DNA of 64,000 nucleotides from Elusimicrobia bacterium GWD2_63_28 (GCA_001799895.1 MGUI01000004.1:20961-84960); one strand, 5' to 3'; counted from the stretch's first letter, positions 19,523 to 29,646 are shown. The notes: generated by a model not told the origin, from the letters alone. A program made the numbers and translations.

Positions 19523-21310
19523 CTATATACCATCAAAAAACTCTTCCGCAATCGTACCCCACTCAAACCGTGTCTTTTCGAGAGCTCTCCGTTTATCAAG
19601 CCCGGATTCGTCTTCCATTCTTGCCCAGGCGCTAATTAGCAGTTTAATTGCTTTCAACTCTGACGTGTCCCCATCTTTTGGAGTCCCATCTTCATTTGCA
19701 AGCACATCATAAAGGTTGTCGCACACACGGTGTTTTGTATTGATTGTAATTACTATCATCCCGCTTTCGGAGCGCACATCGAAAAATGCTGGGCTGGGCA
19801 ATTCTCCCTTCACAAAAATATACTTGTATTTCTTTTCAACAATAACTCGTGCTCTTGTCTCTGCTACTGCGGAGGGTTCTCCGTGTGAGATTAGTAGTTC
19901 TTCAATAGACTTTCTTTTTTTGGAGTCTGGCTCACTTTCTGTTTTATCGCTAGCCCCCGACTTTCCCTCTTGCTGGCGTTTCCTGGTTTTCTCTGTCGCC
20001 ATGACTTCCGCCGAGTTGGGGTCGTACGCTCCTCCCGCCTTAGCACCTGCTGCCTGCCTAGAGATCTGAGCCCGTAATGTGGATAGTTTTCTTGAGATTG
20101 CGTCGGAAATACGCGCAATTACCAGTAGCGGATCTTCAGCATCATCGAGTTCCTTTTCAAGCTCCTTACGAGTCTGGCCATAATCCTCCGCCAAACTATC
20201 CAAATCCGTAAACTTAAAATTTGTAGCGGATTGCTTCGTATTTGAAACCCCGAATATTCCATCTAGGTCTGGATGGAAGTCGACTTCGCAATGCCACCAC
20301 CGCTCGCGGGTGTCAACTGCCGTGAACGTGCTGTTCATTTCCAGCTCGCGATCAGCTCGGACCACTGACACACCCTGATTCTTTTTTAAGAACTGCCCAA
20401 TTGGAGAAGCGCCGCCTTCCGCGCGAACACTGGATGTCGCGATAGAAAAACGAATTTTTACTTTGTAGTGAATGTTATTTAGTCGGACATTTACAATTTC
20501 CTCTCCACAATCATCGCAAGCGGCCTCTTTCGCATAAATTCCAGGAGCACATGTCCCGACCATCAAGCCCAAAGGATCGTTTGCTTTAAGAACGCGGTTT
20601 TCATCAAGTGCTTCGTTATCGCTTTCGTCAATGGAATATACCTTTAGAGATATCTCTGCTTGCCCGCGCTGCAAAAATCGCCGGTAAATTCTGCCGATTA
20701 AAAATTCAGAGTTTTTTAATATCGTGGCACCGGTTCGCCATTGAATTCTATCTAGCTTCTTCCATACAACCAGTGTACCGTGCTGTTTGTTGATAATTTC
20801 TTCCCCAATCCTTTTTGCCCAGTGAGCAGGGATCTTATCTTCCTTTGGGGTCGGAACCGTCTCGGTTCCTTTCGATTTAATTTCGTCTATATCAAGGTAT
20901 GAGTGTAAGACATGTCCTTTTTGCCACGTCCAGACATCCACTCTCCTGCCGCAAGAAATGGAGGAGTTGGGTAAGCCCATACCGAATTTACCAATCCCCT
21001 CATGGCGGGTTTTTCCAGTGTTGGTCCCGTTCCCGAATGCTAAGGCTTTTGAAAGCACTTCGGCGTTCATTCCGCAGGCATTGTCAAAGACGGCAATCTC
21101 TTGAATACAACTTTTGCCGCGGCCCCGTCCCGATGAGGCCTGCTTTCTATCCAATGTGATAACCTGAACTTGGGTGCAATCATTGTGGCCAAGGCCGGCT
21201 TGAATGCTGTTATCAATTAACTCGGCAAGAGCATGTGCTGGATCGCGATATCCACTATCGCGCATGGCTTCAATTGCCAAATCAACTGGCATTATTTTCT
21301 GGGAAATCAT
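19523..21310 (-). CDS. GHKL (MORC/HATPase_c_3-like) ATPase
   Basis: N-box LAELIDNSIQAG, FDNACGM, GIGKFGMG. Start moved to ATG 21310 (AAGGAG RBS, 2 nt after the helicase stop) from track start 21328. Confidence 0.8.
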   Translation of the reverse strand: MISQKIMPVDLAIEAMRDSGYRDPAHALAELIDNSIQAGLGHNDCTQVQVITLDRKQASSGRGRGKSCIQEIAVFDNACGMNAEVLSKALAFGNGTNTGKTRHEGIGKFGMGLPNSSISCGRRVDVWTWQKGHVLHSYLDIDEIKSKGTETVPTPKEDKIPAHWAKRIGEEIINKQHGTLVVWKKLDRIQWRTGATILKNSEFLIGRIYRRFLQRGQAEISLKVYSIDESDNEALDENRVLKANDPLGLMVGTCAPGIYAKEAACDDCGEEIVNVRLNNIHYKVKIRFSIATSSVRAEGGASPIGQFLKKNQGVSVVRADRELEMNSTFTAVDTRERWWHCEVDFHPDLDGIFGVSNTKQSATNFKFTDLDSLAEDYGQTRKELEKELDDAEDPLLVIARISDAISRKLSTLRAQISRQAAGAKAGGAYDPNSAEVMATEKTRKRQQEGKSGASDKTESEPDSKKRKSIEELLISHGEPSAVAETRARVIVEKKYKYIFVKGELPSPAFFDVRSESGMIVITINTKHRVCDNLYDVLANEDGTPKDGDTSELKAIKLLISAWARMEDESGLDKRRALEKTRFEWGTIAEEFFDGI

Positions 21311-21312
21311 AA

Positions 21313-22935
21313 TTAATTCTCCTTCCATATGTTGTTCCAGTGATTAAATAAATCCCCGATACTCTTAAATCCTGGAATATTGTCTTGCACTGAAACTATC
21401 TTCGAGACGTCGTTCCCTCCAACCTTGTGCCCACGCAATGCTCGTCCAACCATTTGGCTATAAAGCCCCACTGAGCTGGTTGGACGGGCAATAAACGCAA
21501 CGTTCGTTTTTGGGGCATCAAATCCTGTGGTGAGTACGCCATAGTTGGTTATCACCATGGGATCTTTAGAGTCTTTAAATTCAGATAAGGCTTTGGTTCT
21601 TTGAGTTGAATCGGTATCACCCGTTACAGAATACGCTTTTATCCCACGCTTTTTTAAGATATTTGCCAGTGTTTTGGACTGTTTAACAGAACAGGCGAAT
21701 AAAATCATTTTCATGGTTTTCTTCGCCATTTGAAGCTGACTTAATTCTGTTTCGATTCGCTTAATTATTGCCAGGTTCCTGTAGTCACTTGCCCCCAGTT
21801 TAAGTAAGACAGAATCAGGCAAGTCAAATCCGGTTTGTAACGCAGAAAGCTCTTCCTGAGTTAAAAGCAACTTTGCCCCCCAGGGGATGTTGAGATCTTC
21901 GAAGATTGGAGAGGAAAGGTATCCCTCTTTTTGTAGATACTCTACGGGGTTACTGTATCCGTCCACCTCAAGAGTCACTCGATTGCCATGAAAGAAATCT
22001 CTTAAAGTGTCGGAGTCTTTTTGAGATACCGCTCTTCCTGGTGTTGCAGATAATCCAAGAATTGAGGGGGTGCGCGAAATCTGGAGCAAGTTGACTAGAT
22101 GTTGATATGTCGGGGCAGGAAGCTGATGAGCTTCATCAAACACAACAAACACTGTTCGTTTAGAGAGTTTGAGGAAATCACTTTGATGGTCAAGACTGTG
22201 CTTGTATAACAACGGAAGACTGGAAACAAAAAAACCATTTTTAACATCACTTAGGGATGAGACTCTTGCGTCCCCATAATGTCTGTATATTGTAACAGGA
22301 CGTTGGCCAAACTCCCCCCACGCCTTTTCAAACTCATCGGCGGCTTGGTTGCACAACTCCTCTGAGTACGCTAGCCAAATCACCACATCATCTGGGGCGG
22401 CTATTTCTCTCAAGTAGTGGGCGACAACATTCATTGCCGTTCTGGTCTTTCCTGAACCCGTCGGCATGTGCAACAATACTCGTCCGGCAGAATTCAATGC
22501 GTGCAAGACTTTCAAATATGCTTCTCGCTGATGCGGGAACAAAGGGTGGGTTGGAACAATCTCTTTTGATGGCAATAATTTGTTGGTATTCTCGGCTAAT
22601 GGTTCTTTCACTCCAAAATAATCAAACAAAGTTTTAATGTTCTCAGAGCCTTTTCTGAATTTAATATCCCCCACTTGATATCCGATGCCAGCTTGCCCCA
22701 AACTTTTTGCGAGCAGGTTCACATCTGGTTCGCGAAGCGCACGGATAATTTGGGGGCGTATTTTATTGTCGGTCAAAAGGCCAGTTGCGCCAATTGACTC
22801 AATAAGAAGATCGGCCATGGATGCGCAATCGTATTCCATTTCAAGCAACTTGATGAGGGCGACATCTTCCTTGCCGATTAACCCCACAAGTTTGGCGGCC
22901 CCAAGGCGAATTAGAGTTTCCTTTAGTTTATCCAT
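21313..22935 (-). CDS. SF2 DEAD/DEAH-box helicase (type III restriction Res-like)
   Basis: Motif I HMPTGSGKTRTA, motif II VVFDEAHQL, SATPGR, motif VI YSQMVGRALRG. Confidence 0.85.
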   Translation of the reverse strand: MDKLKETLIRLGAAKLVGLIGKEDVALIKLLEMEYDCASMADLLIESIGATGLLTDNKIRPQIIRALREPDVNLLAKSLGQAGIGYQVGDIKFRKGSENIKTLFDYFGVKEPLAENTNKLLPSKEIVPTHPLFPHQREAYLKVLHALNSAGRVLLHMPTGSGKTRTAMNVVAHYLREIAAPDDVVIWLAYSEELCNQAADEFEKAWGEFGQRPVTIYRHYGDARVSSLSDVKNGFFVSSLPLLYKHSLDHQSDFLKLSKRTVFVVFDEAHQLPAPTYQHLVNLLQISRTPSILGLSATPGRAVSQKDSDTLRDFFHGNRVTLEVDGYSNPVEYLQKEGYLSSPIFEDLNIPWGAKLLLTQEELSALQTGFDLPDSVLLKLGASDYRNLAIIKRIETELSQLQMAKKTMKMILFACSVKQSKTLANILKKRGIKAYSVTGDTDSTQRTKALSEFKDSKDPMVITNYGVLTTGFDAPKTNVAFIARPTSSVGLYSQMVGRALRGHKVGGNDVSKIVSVQDNIPGFKSIGDLFNHWNNIWKEN

Positions 22936-23113
22936 AACGGATTATGTCCGCAGAGTATTCCCAGCTAACCTAAGTATAGATTTCTATATTACTAATTATT
23001 GCCATTGGGGTTCACTATAATGTGAGAATAAATCCGTGCAAGTGTTGTAATGACTCAACACGAACGCAAAGATGGCGTATTTAGGAAGAGGCGGAACTAC
23101 TAGTGGTGAAGGA

Positions 23114-23956
23114 CTATTTGTGGCAAGCCAAACAGACTTTTGACTGCCCGTATAAATCATCCATATCTACTGGCAGATTGTTTGATCGAAGAGGGTTCTG
23201 GATTGACTTGGCCTTAAGCCGTGCTAGCCGTTTTTCATAGTCGGCTTTTATTTGTTTGATTCGCTCCGGCTTAGACATGTCCTCAAGTGACTCCCGCTCT
23301 GACCATGTAAACTGAGAGCCGGCTGCAGTGGCTGTCTTTTCATAGCGTTTGGCTTCTTCAAAAGCTTCGGGGTGTCTTTCTAATAATCTCACCCATTCAA
23401 TTTTTCTTTGAAAAAAACAAAAGGTACAGCCGCTACGCGATCTCCAGGCATAATAGTCTGGAAGTCCTAGTCCGGAATGGTTTAGGATATCAATTACCCC
23501 CTGTTTGTCGATGCCTGCGTCTTTAAATGGAAGCTTTACAATCAGATTATTATCTCGCGATTGATATCCTTCCCGGTATTCCTCGTCGGACCTTATTGCC
23601 ACGTAGGAGTAGACGGTCTCTCCCCTCTCCAAAAAATTACCAACCCACTTCTCGAACGGCTTTAGTTTCATCTGTATCGTGCACCATCGAGTCTGTGCGG
23701 AGGGAAGAAAATTATTGTACTGCATGAGCCAGAAATCAAAACCCCTATCGGGGTTGATTCTTAGTATCGGGCGACCTAAATAGCCTTCCAGCTTGCTTAG
23801 ATAAGAATAAACCTCTGGAAGTTCTTTCCCTGTGTCTGTGAAAAAATATTCTATTTCTAGTTCAGGGTGATTGTCACGCATGAAGACAGCCAAAGCAGCG
23901 CTATCTCTTCCGCCAGAGAGTCCTAGTACATGTTTCAGCTTGTTCCCCATGGTCAA
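23114..23956 (-). CDS. sspD: PAPS-reductase/PP-loop ATP pyrophosphatase, SspD/DndC-like
   Basis: PP-loop LSGGRDSAA; Cys pairs CTFCFF and VCLACHK; 1 nt downstream of the large ATPase gene. Confidence 0.75.
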   Translation of the reverse strand: MTMGNKLKHVLGLSGGRDSAALAVFMRDNHPELEIEYFFTDTGKELPEVYSYLSKLEGYLGRPILRINPDRGFDFWLMQYNNFLPSAQTRWCTIQMKLKPFEKWVGNFLERGETVYSYVAIRSDEEYREGYQSRDNNLIVKLPFKDAGIDKQGVIDILNHSGLGLPDYYAWRSRSGCTFCFFQRKIEWVRLLERHPEAFEEAKRYEKTATAAGSQFTWSERESLEDMSKPERIKQIKADYEKRLARLKAKSIQNPLRSNNLPVDMDDLYGQSKVCLACHK

Positions 23957-23957
23957 G

Positions 23958-26900
23958 TTAGTTTATTGATGCTTTTTTAGTAAGACGATCTGCCAAAGAC
24001 ATCCCGAGCTCAGCAATTGCCGCCAAGATATGCTTTTCATTGGTCGATAATGCCTTGGCGGATTTGAGTATCTTGTCCTTAAGTCTTTCGATTTCAGGGG
24101 CATGCTCCTCTAGAATGTCGAATTCAGCCTCTGAGGTTGTTGGCGAGCCATTTTTCCCCGTGATGATTGCAACGGCGTATCTCGAAGGGTGGCGATTTTT
24201 TATCTTAGTGTACAATTCTGCTTTTTTGAATGCCGAGCACATCGCAATTAGTTGCGCCTGCGCATTTTGGATGTCGAGATCAATCCATTCCGTAGGCGGC
24301 TTGCTAATCGCAAGGCTAACCAATCCTGCGATATCCTCAAGTGTGCCAGAAAAAGTTGAAAGACGCGAGGCAAATCCATCCAAGCGGAAATCGCCAGATG
24401 TCCCTGCAACTTTCTTTGCCCGTTCATTTAGCTTTTTAAGGTTTTGCGGGCTGGGGAATAAAACCTCAAGCTCCGAAGTGATGAGTGTTCCAATCCGCTG
24501 CATAGCATTCGGGTATGTGGCGATTAATTCCCCCATGCTTTTTTTGAATTCACTCACAATGGTGGTTGAATTAGGGGTGCCTCTAGATTCAAGAATGATG
24601 GGCGAAAATATTTCAGCAAGATCATCAAATAGCATCTTATTTGGATCTTTCGCCGATTTCACCATTTCCCGGAACTTGGTAGTAGTCTTAGAGAGTTCCC
24701 GCGTTTTTAGCACCCAAGGGTGCAGGTCATAAATTACTGAAACCACATGTCTAGAAACTTCCAAAGGCGAAGAGTGCCGTGGGATTTGATGAGTAGGGAG
24801 GAGCTCATTTACGGCCGCAATTATTCCGGACAGAATCCCCTCCGAAACCGTATCCAGCTCAGCCCAGCGAAGAGTGATTACTTCCGGAGCTTTTAACAAA
24901 TAGTCGATGATAAGATCATCAAATTTGGTGACATAAAACCCCTCTCGGTAAACAGCGATAGAATCCTTTCGGGTAAGCAGGTATGCAACCGCAAAAAACG
25001 GATGCATCGCATTTTTAATACCATAGGGCGGCTGTTCCCATATATCGTATATAGCACCTAGATTCAACGCCCCCTTTGAGTTTTTAATTGCAGAGTCTGC
25101 TGCATTCCAGGCGTTGTGTAGCCCATGTTTATCCCCAGATTTAGGAGACGTAATCGTAAAATGTTTTTCCTTATCGCTAGTGTAAAGACCCGTTTCTTCT
25201 AACAATATTTTAAAAAGCCCTTTTTCCGGAGGATATCCTTCAATGCCAAGATTTGGCTCTCCATCCTTTAGAATCATGCTGCGAAGAAGCTCGTGGAGGG
25301 CGGAATTTGCGCTCGCAGATGCACGCTTTCTGTTCAAAAGTTCGCTCTTAATTTTAGGGGACTTCTTGTATACCGCCGCACATAATTTGGACGCTATGGC
25401 GCTCAATTGCGCACTTGGCATCCTGCCGAGGCGTTCACCGTTATGATGCCAGCTAGAAGCTATTAGAACTTCGGATAATTTGCCCTCAAGCAACGAAGTC
25501 GTTGCGGCAATTCGGCCTTCAATTTCTCTGCGCGCAACAGAATCAGAAGAGAGTTCACCTTTGTTATTGTAAATCCATTCCAGAGCAAGAAGTTCTTTTG
25601 AATACGCATTTATGAGATATGATTCCCTTGCTACAGCAAGTAACACGGGGAAATGGGGATCACTTTTGTGCTGCTTTACATATTCTTCCGCACGGCGTGT
25701 TTCACTAGCGTTAAATGGGAGTAGAATCGAGAATAGTCCCGATGCCGTGGAGTTTTGTTTTTCGTTGTTAAGGAATTCGGAGATTTCCGAAATCGGAGCT
25801 ATAGTGACGTTAAACCAACGCATTGCCCCATATTCGTGATAGTATCTCTTTGCGATTACTGGCTTGAAATTAGCAAGTTTCGATAGGCGTGCGACATCAA
25901 CATCATTGGTTTTTGAAAACGCTTCGCGGAGGGCAGAGTCCAGGTCGAAGTCACTGCCCTCAAATATCGAATACGAGTCAGTATGTTTCTTGTATATTGT
26001 GACGGATATCTTCTCCAGATCGCGAAGCAGGTCTGCGATTTTGACGGTATTGCCAAAAACTGCGTCAAGAACTTGAACTGTGGGAGAAAGACCAGAGGTG
26101 GTCCCCTTAAAAATATCAATCACTGCAATCGTCTTTAACAAATTTATATGAGCTAGGCTAAACCCTTTAGCTTCGGCTCTGGAGATAGCGTCTAATGCAA
26201 TGCTCCATAACCTGGAATCTGAGGAAGACATGATTAGTGACTCGAAATTGTCTTTCAGATAATCGAAATACCGATGTGGTTTATATAGAGTCCCGCCCGC
26301 ATAGTCCTCTAGCTTGAGGAAATCCCTGAATCCTTCTGGCTCGGCCGAGTTTAGGAACGAAAAAATGCTGCGCTGATTCTGGCCAAACTTTCGTTTTGAT
26401 ACTGGGCCAAGCAGACATGCCACAACCGGATCTAAAGGCCAACAGTTGGACAAGCTTTCCTGAAGACGTTTTTCGTTTACTGGCCTATTGCGCGCAATCG
26501 TGGCCACGATTTGCTTTACTGGTGTGGTGGCACTTTTGGGCTTTTTGTCGGATACAATTGCCCGGCCAATAAGCTCAATTTGTTCCTCACCGGCGGCATT
26601 GACCGGCATGTCGATGAACCTGCCCTGGATCTTTATCCACTCGTCCCTAGTGGTGTGGGGTAGTGACCGAGCATATTCAGTAAATGCTTGGTGTAATATT
26701 CCAATTAGAATTATTTTCTTTTTGCTGCGAGAGGCGAATTCCGCTAGTTGCTGAAAAAAATAAACATCCGCTTCCCCGCGAGCAGCAGCCTCAAGAATCT
26801 TCCCCATTTCATCCACAAAAATTATGAGACCATCATTTCTGTTCGCGATTTCTGTTAAGACTTGGAACATTCTTTCTTTGGTCGACACGTTTTTGGCAAG

Positions 26901-27302
26901 TTTCAGTGTTTCCAAATGGCGTTGAACTAAACCGAACGGATCCTTGGGCTCGCCAATGATGGGCAGGATTTCCCAGCCTGATCTAACGCCAAGATTTGTT
27001 TGAATCTCTCTATATGACTTTGCCGAAATAACTTTTTGGGCAGCTTGTCGTAAATTTTTGCTTTTCGATACTATAGCGCTCAGCAGCAATACAAGGCTGG
27101 ATTTGCCAGACCCATAGGGGCCTGTCCAGGTAAAAGAAGCCTGCCCATTTGTCGCCACATTGTTCGCCACATTAAGGAGTGCGCTTTCCGAAGAATGTGG
27201 GCAAATAAAACCAGAGAGTATCGACTCATCATTGATATCAGTCTCAATATTTATAGATCTGACGAACCGACTATTAAGTGAAACAATTTCCGAGTATTTC
27301 AT
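23958..27302 (-). CDS. sspC: Large P-loop ATPase, SspC-like
   Basis: Walker A TGPYGSGKSS, Walker B LIIFVDEMGK; 1114 aa; sits between the DUF4007 gene and the PAPS-reductase gene. Confidence 0.65.
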   Translation of the reverse strand: MKYSEIVSLNSRFVRSINIETDINDESILSGFICPHSSESALLNVANNVATNGQASFTWTGPYGSGKSSLVLLLSAIVSKSKNLRQAAQKVISAKSYREIQTNLGVRSGWEILPIIGEPKDPFGLVQRHLETLKLAKNVSTKERMFQVLTEIANRNDGLIIFVDEMGKILEAAARGEADVYFFQQLAEFASRSKKKIILIGILHQAFTEYARSLPHTTRDEWIKIQGRFIDMPVNAAGEEQIELIGRAIVSDKKPKSATTPVKQIVATIARNRPVNEKRLQESLSNCWPLDPVVACLLGPVSKRKFGQNQRSIFSFLNSAEPEGFRDFLKLEDYAGGTLYKPHRYFDYLKDNFESLIMSSSDSRLWSIALDAISRAEAKGFSLAHINLLKTIAVIDIFKGTTSGLSPTVQVLDAVFGNTVKIADLLRDLEKISVTIYKKHTDSYSIFEGSDFDLDSALREAFSKTNDVDVARLSKLANFKPVIAKRYYHEYGAMRWFNVTIAPISEISEFLNNEKQNSTASGLFSILLPFNASETRRAEEYVKQHKSDPHFPVLLAVARESYLINAYSKELLALEWIYNNKGELSSDSVARREIEGRIAATTSLLEGKLSEVLIASSWHHNGERLGRMPSAQLSAIASKLCAAVYKKSPKIKSELLNRKRASASANSALHELLRSMILKDGEPNLGIEGYPPEKGLFKILLEETGLYTSDKEKHFTITSPKSGDKHGLHNAWNAADSAIKNSKGALNLGAIYDIWEQPPYGIKNAMHPFFAVAYLLTRKDSIAVYREGFYVTKFDDLIIDYLLKAPEVITLRWAELDTVSEGILSGIIAAVNELLPTHQIPRHSSPLEVSRHVVSVIYDLHPWVLKTRELSKTTTKFREMVKSAKDPNKMLFDDLAEIFSPIILESRGTPNSTTIVSEFKKSMGELIATYPNAMQRIGTLITSELEVLFPSPQNLKKLNERAKKVAGTSGDFRLDGFASRLSTFSGTLEDIAGLVSLAISKPPTEWIDLDIQNAQAQLIAMCSAFKKAELYTKIKNRHPSRYAVAIITGKNGSPTTSEAEFDILEEHAPEIERLKDKILKSAKALSTNEKHILAAIAELGMSLADRLTKKASIN

Positions 27303-27305
27303 CTT

Positions 27306-28268
27306 TTAATCCTTGAAATTCCTGATTAAAGACTTCCTAGCCTTTACGTCAAGGTGGACGGTGTATTTTTCAGTTCTGTTGAGCACAACTTGTCTTAACC
27401 CAGCGGTTTCTGACCACTCTAGGAGCCCATTGGTTTCATCTGCAAGCTTATGGGCAAACCCCACAATGGCATCTTCGTCTAAGAAGAATATTCGCCCAGG
27501 AGATTTCGGCTCATAACATATTGACTCTAGTGATAATGTTGAGGCATTGGGGGCGTAGGTTTCCCAAAATTTTAGAAGTCCGAAGACAAACGTGTGGAGA
27601 GAAAGGCTGGCTTTCCAGCCCCGTCTTGGCTGAAACACATCCCGCCTCCGTATCGGGGCGATTAATCCTAACTCCGTAAGAGGTGATTCGATGCTGTCCT
27701 CGTCAAAGTCTCCACTTTTTGTTATTTTAGGAACATACATCCGAATAAAACACTCAACATCGCGTTTTACAGTTAGCGGAGATGCGTTCGCCCAGCTTTG
27801 TTCTTTAGCAAGATCCAACAATGACTTTGAGAGACTGTCCCGATCAAAGAGAGATCCATTCCAATAGTTAAAGAACCAATCGTAGGTAATTAGTGATGAA
27901 TTTGCGGCGAGGTTCCAGTGGAAGTACCATATTGTGGCCGGGTTTTCCATCCAAGGATCAAGGCCCTCGTCGCTTAACAATTCTCGCGCAAAATCGTTAA
28001 TTTTTAGCTCGCGATTTTCGTCAATATCGAAAACCCCACACACCTGAGCCCAATGGCGTATGGAGGAAACCATGTTTTTCCCGACACCAAAGGCCGCAAT
28101 ACTTTCTTCGTTATTAAAAACATCTTTGATTATCGATTTCTTATGCTTCTCCGTTAGGATTGCCGCGTCGAAAGCTTTTTTCAGCCACCCATACCGCAGT
28201 GGAAATGTCTCATGTCCGGAAAAGATGGGCTTTATCCCCTCTTTTGCCGTATAGTTGCTATTTGCCAT
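27306..28268 (-). CDS. sspB: DUF4007-family protein, SspB-like
   Basis: N-terminal FSGHETFPLRYGWLKK signature. Track start 28325 is a TTG; ATG 28268 (MANSNY) has a GAGG RBS. Confidence 0.7.
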   Translation of the reverse strand: MANSNYTAKEGIKPIFSGHETFPLRYGWLKKAFDAAILTEKHKKSIIKDVFNNEESIAAFGVGKNMVSSIRHWAQVCGVFDIDENRELKINDFARELLSDEGLDPWMENPATIWYFHWNLAANSSLITYDWFFNYWNGSLFDRDSLSKSLLDLAKEQSWANASPLTVKRDVECFIRMYVPKITKSGDFDEDSIESPLTELGLIAPIRRRDVFQPRRGWKASLSLHTFVFGLLKFWETYAPNASTLSLESICYEPKSPGRIFFLDEDAIVGFAHKLADETNGLLEWSETAGLRQVVLNRTEKYTVHLDVKARKSLIRNFKD

Positions 28269-28283
28269 ATTAAGTTGCCTCGT

Positions 28284-28348
28284 TACTGGAAGAGTGCTCC
28301 AGGAAGCCTTTTTTGTATGATACAATAATACTGGAACAGCTTTCCAGT
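28284..28348. promoter_or_regulatory. Divergent sspB/sspA control region with two TACTGGAA-containing palindromes
   Basis: CTGGA-N7-TCCAG at 28286..28302 and ACTGGAA-N5-TTCCAGT at 28330..28348. Both begin with TACTGGAA, 45 nt apart. Confidence 0.35.
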
Positions 28349-28369
28349 TCCTTGCGCTAGCCCCTACGC

Positions 28370-29542
28370 ATGAGAAATATTATGCCTGAACGCATATTTT
28401 TAGACTACAACTCAACTACCCCCCTAGATCCTATAGCCCTTGAGGCAATGCTGCCATACATGTCTACGCAATACGGAAATCCTCATTCATCTGAACACAG
28501 TTTCGGATGGGAGGCTGAAAAGGCTATAAATGAGTCTCGGACATTTATTGCCGGACTTCTTAATTCTTTAGAGGATGAGCTCATTTTCACTTCAGGGGCT
28601 ACTGAATCTAATAATGCTGCGATTCTTGGGGTTGCGTTTAAAGCCTTAGAGAAATCGAAAAAAAAGACGATCATTGTATCCGAAATAGAGCACAAATGTG
28701 TGATTGGAGCCGCACGATTTACAGAGAAATTCGGCTTTAAAGTTTTAAAAGCTCCTGTGGGTAAAGATGGTGTCGTGGATATGGGCAAGTTGTCGTCGAT
28801 GATTGATCCTAACACCTTGTTGGTGTCGGTAATGGCAACCAACAATGAAATAGGGACCAATCAACCGATAGCTGAAATAGGCAAAATATGTAAAAGGAAC
28901 GATGCCGTATTCCACGTCGATGCGGCACAAGGCTTATATTCCGGAGTAGATGTGGCCGAGGCGGATATAGATTTGTTAAGTGTTTCTGCTCATAAAATAT
29001 ATGGACCAAAGGGGGTTGGAGTGCTTTTCATTAGCCAGAATCTTCAACTCAAACCGGACCCAATAATTCATGGCGGCGGGCAGCAAAATGGCTTTCGCTC
29101 CGGAACTATCCCCACCCCGTTAATCGTCGGGTTCGGAGCGGCTGCAAAAATATTTAGTGAACAAAGAGATAGTGAGAAAGCGCGACTTCAAGAGTTAAGG
29201 GACTATCTCATTACATTGCTGCAGAGCCAAATCCCATCTATAAGGGTAAATGGATCATTGAAGAATCGGCATCCCGGAAATATCAATATTTTGTTTCCAG
29301 GTATAGAGGCTAAGCAATTGATTCTAAAGCTGCAACCCTCTATGGCAGTTTCAACAGGGTCAGCTTGTACCAGCGGAATTCCTGAGCCATCCCATGTTTT
29401 GCGCGCAATCGGACTTTCAACAAAAGATGCAGAATCATCACTCCGCATTTGTGTCGGGCGCCAAACGACTAAAGAGCAGGTAGACATCTTTGCGCAAACC
29501 CTTATATCCGTTGTTAAGGAATTAGGAAACAATTCCATTTAA
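28370..29542 (+). CDS. sspA: Cysteine desulfurase (NifS/IscS class V aminotransferase), SspA/DndA-like
   Basis: PLP-lysine motif SAHKIYGPKG, catalytic Cys STGSACTSG; divergent from sspBCD. Confidence 0.85.
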   Translation: MRNIMPERIFLDYNSTTPLDPIALEAMLPYMSTQYGNPHSSEHSFGWEAEKAINESRTFIAGLLNSLEDELIFTSGATESNNAAILGVAFKALEKSKKKTIIVSEIEHKCVIGAARFTEKFGFKVLKAPVGKDGVVDMGKLSSMIDPNTLLVSVMATNNEIGTNQPIAEIGKICKRNDAVFHVDAAQGLYSGVDVAEADIDLLSVSAHKIYGPKGVGVLFISQNLQLKPDPIIHGGGQQNGFRSGTIPTPLIVGFGAAAKIFSEQRDSEKARLQELRDYLITLLQSQIPSIRVNGSLKNRHPGNINILFPGIEAKQLILKLQPSMAVSTGSACTSGIPEPSHVLRAIGLSTKDAESSLRICVGRQTTKEQVDIFAQTLISVVKELGNNSI

Positions 29543-29646
29543 CAATATCACGGCTACCCTTCCACCGAAACACGATACTGTTTGCGCCCTCCTAACTATC
29601 GCAAGTTTTATATACTTCAGCTTCTTCGTTTTGCTGTCGCTTCAGA

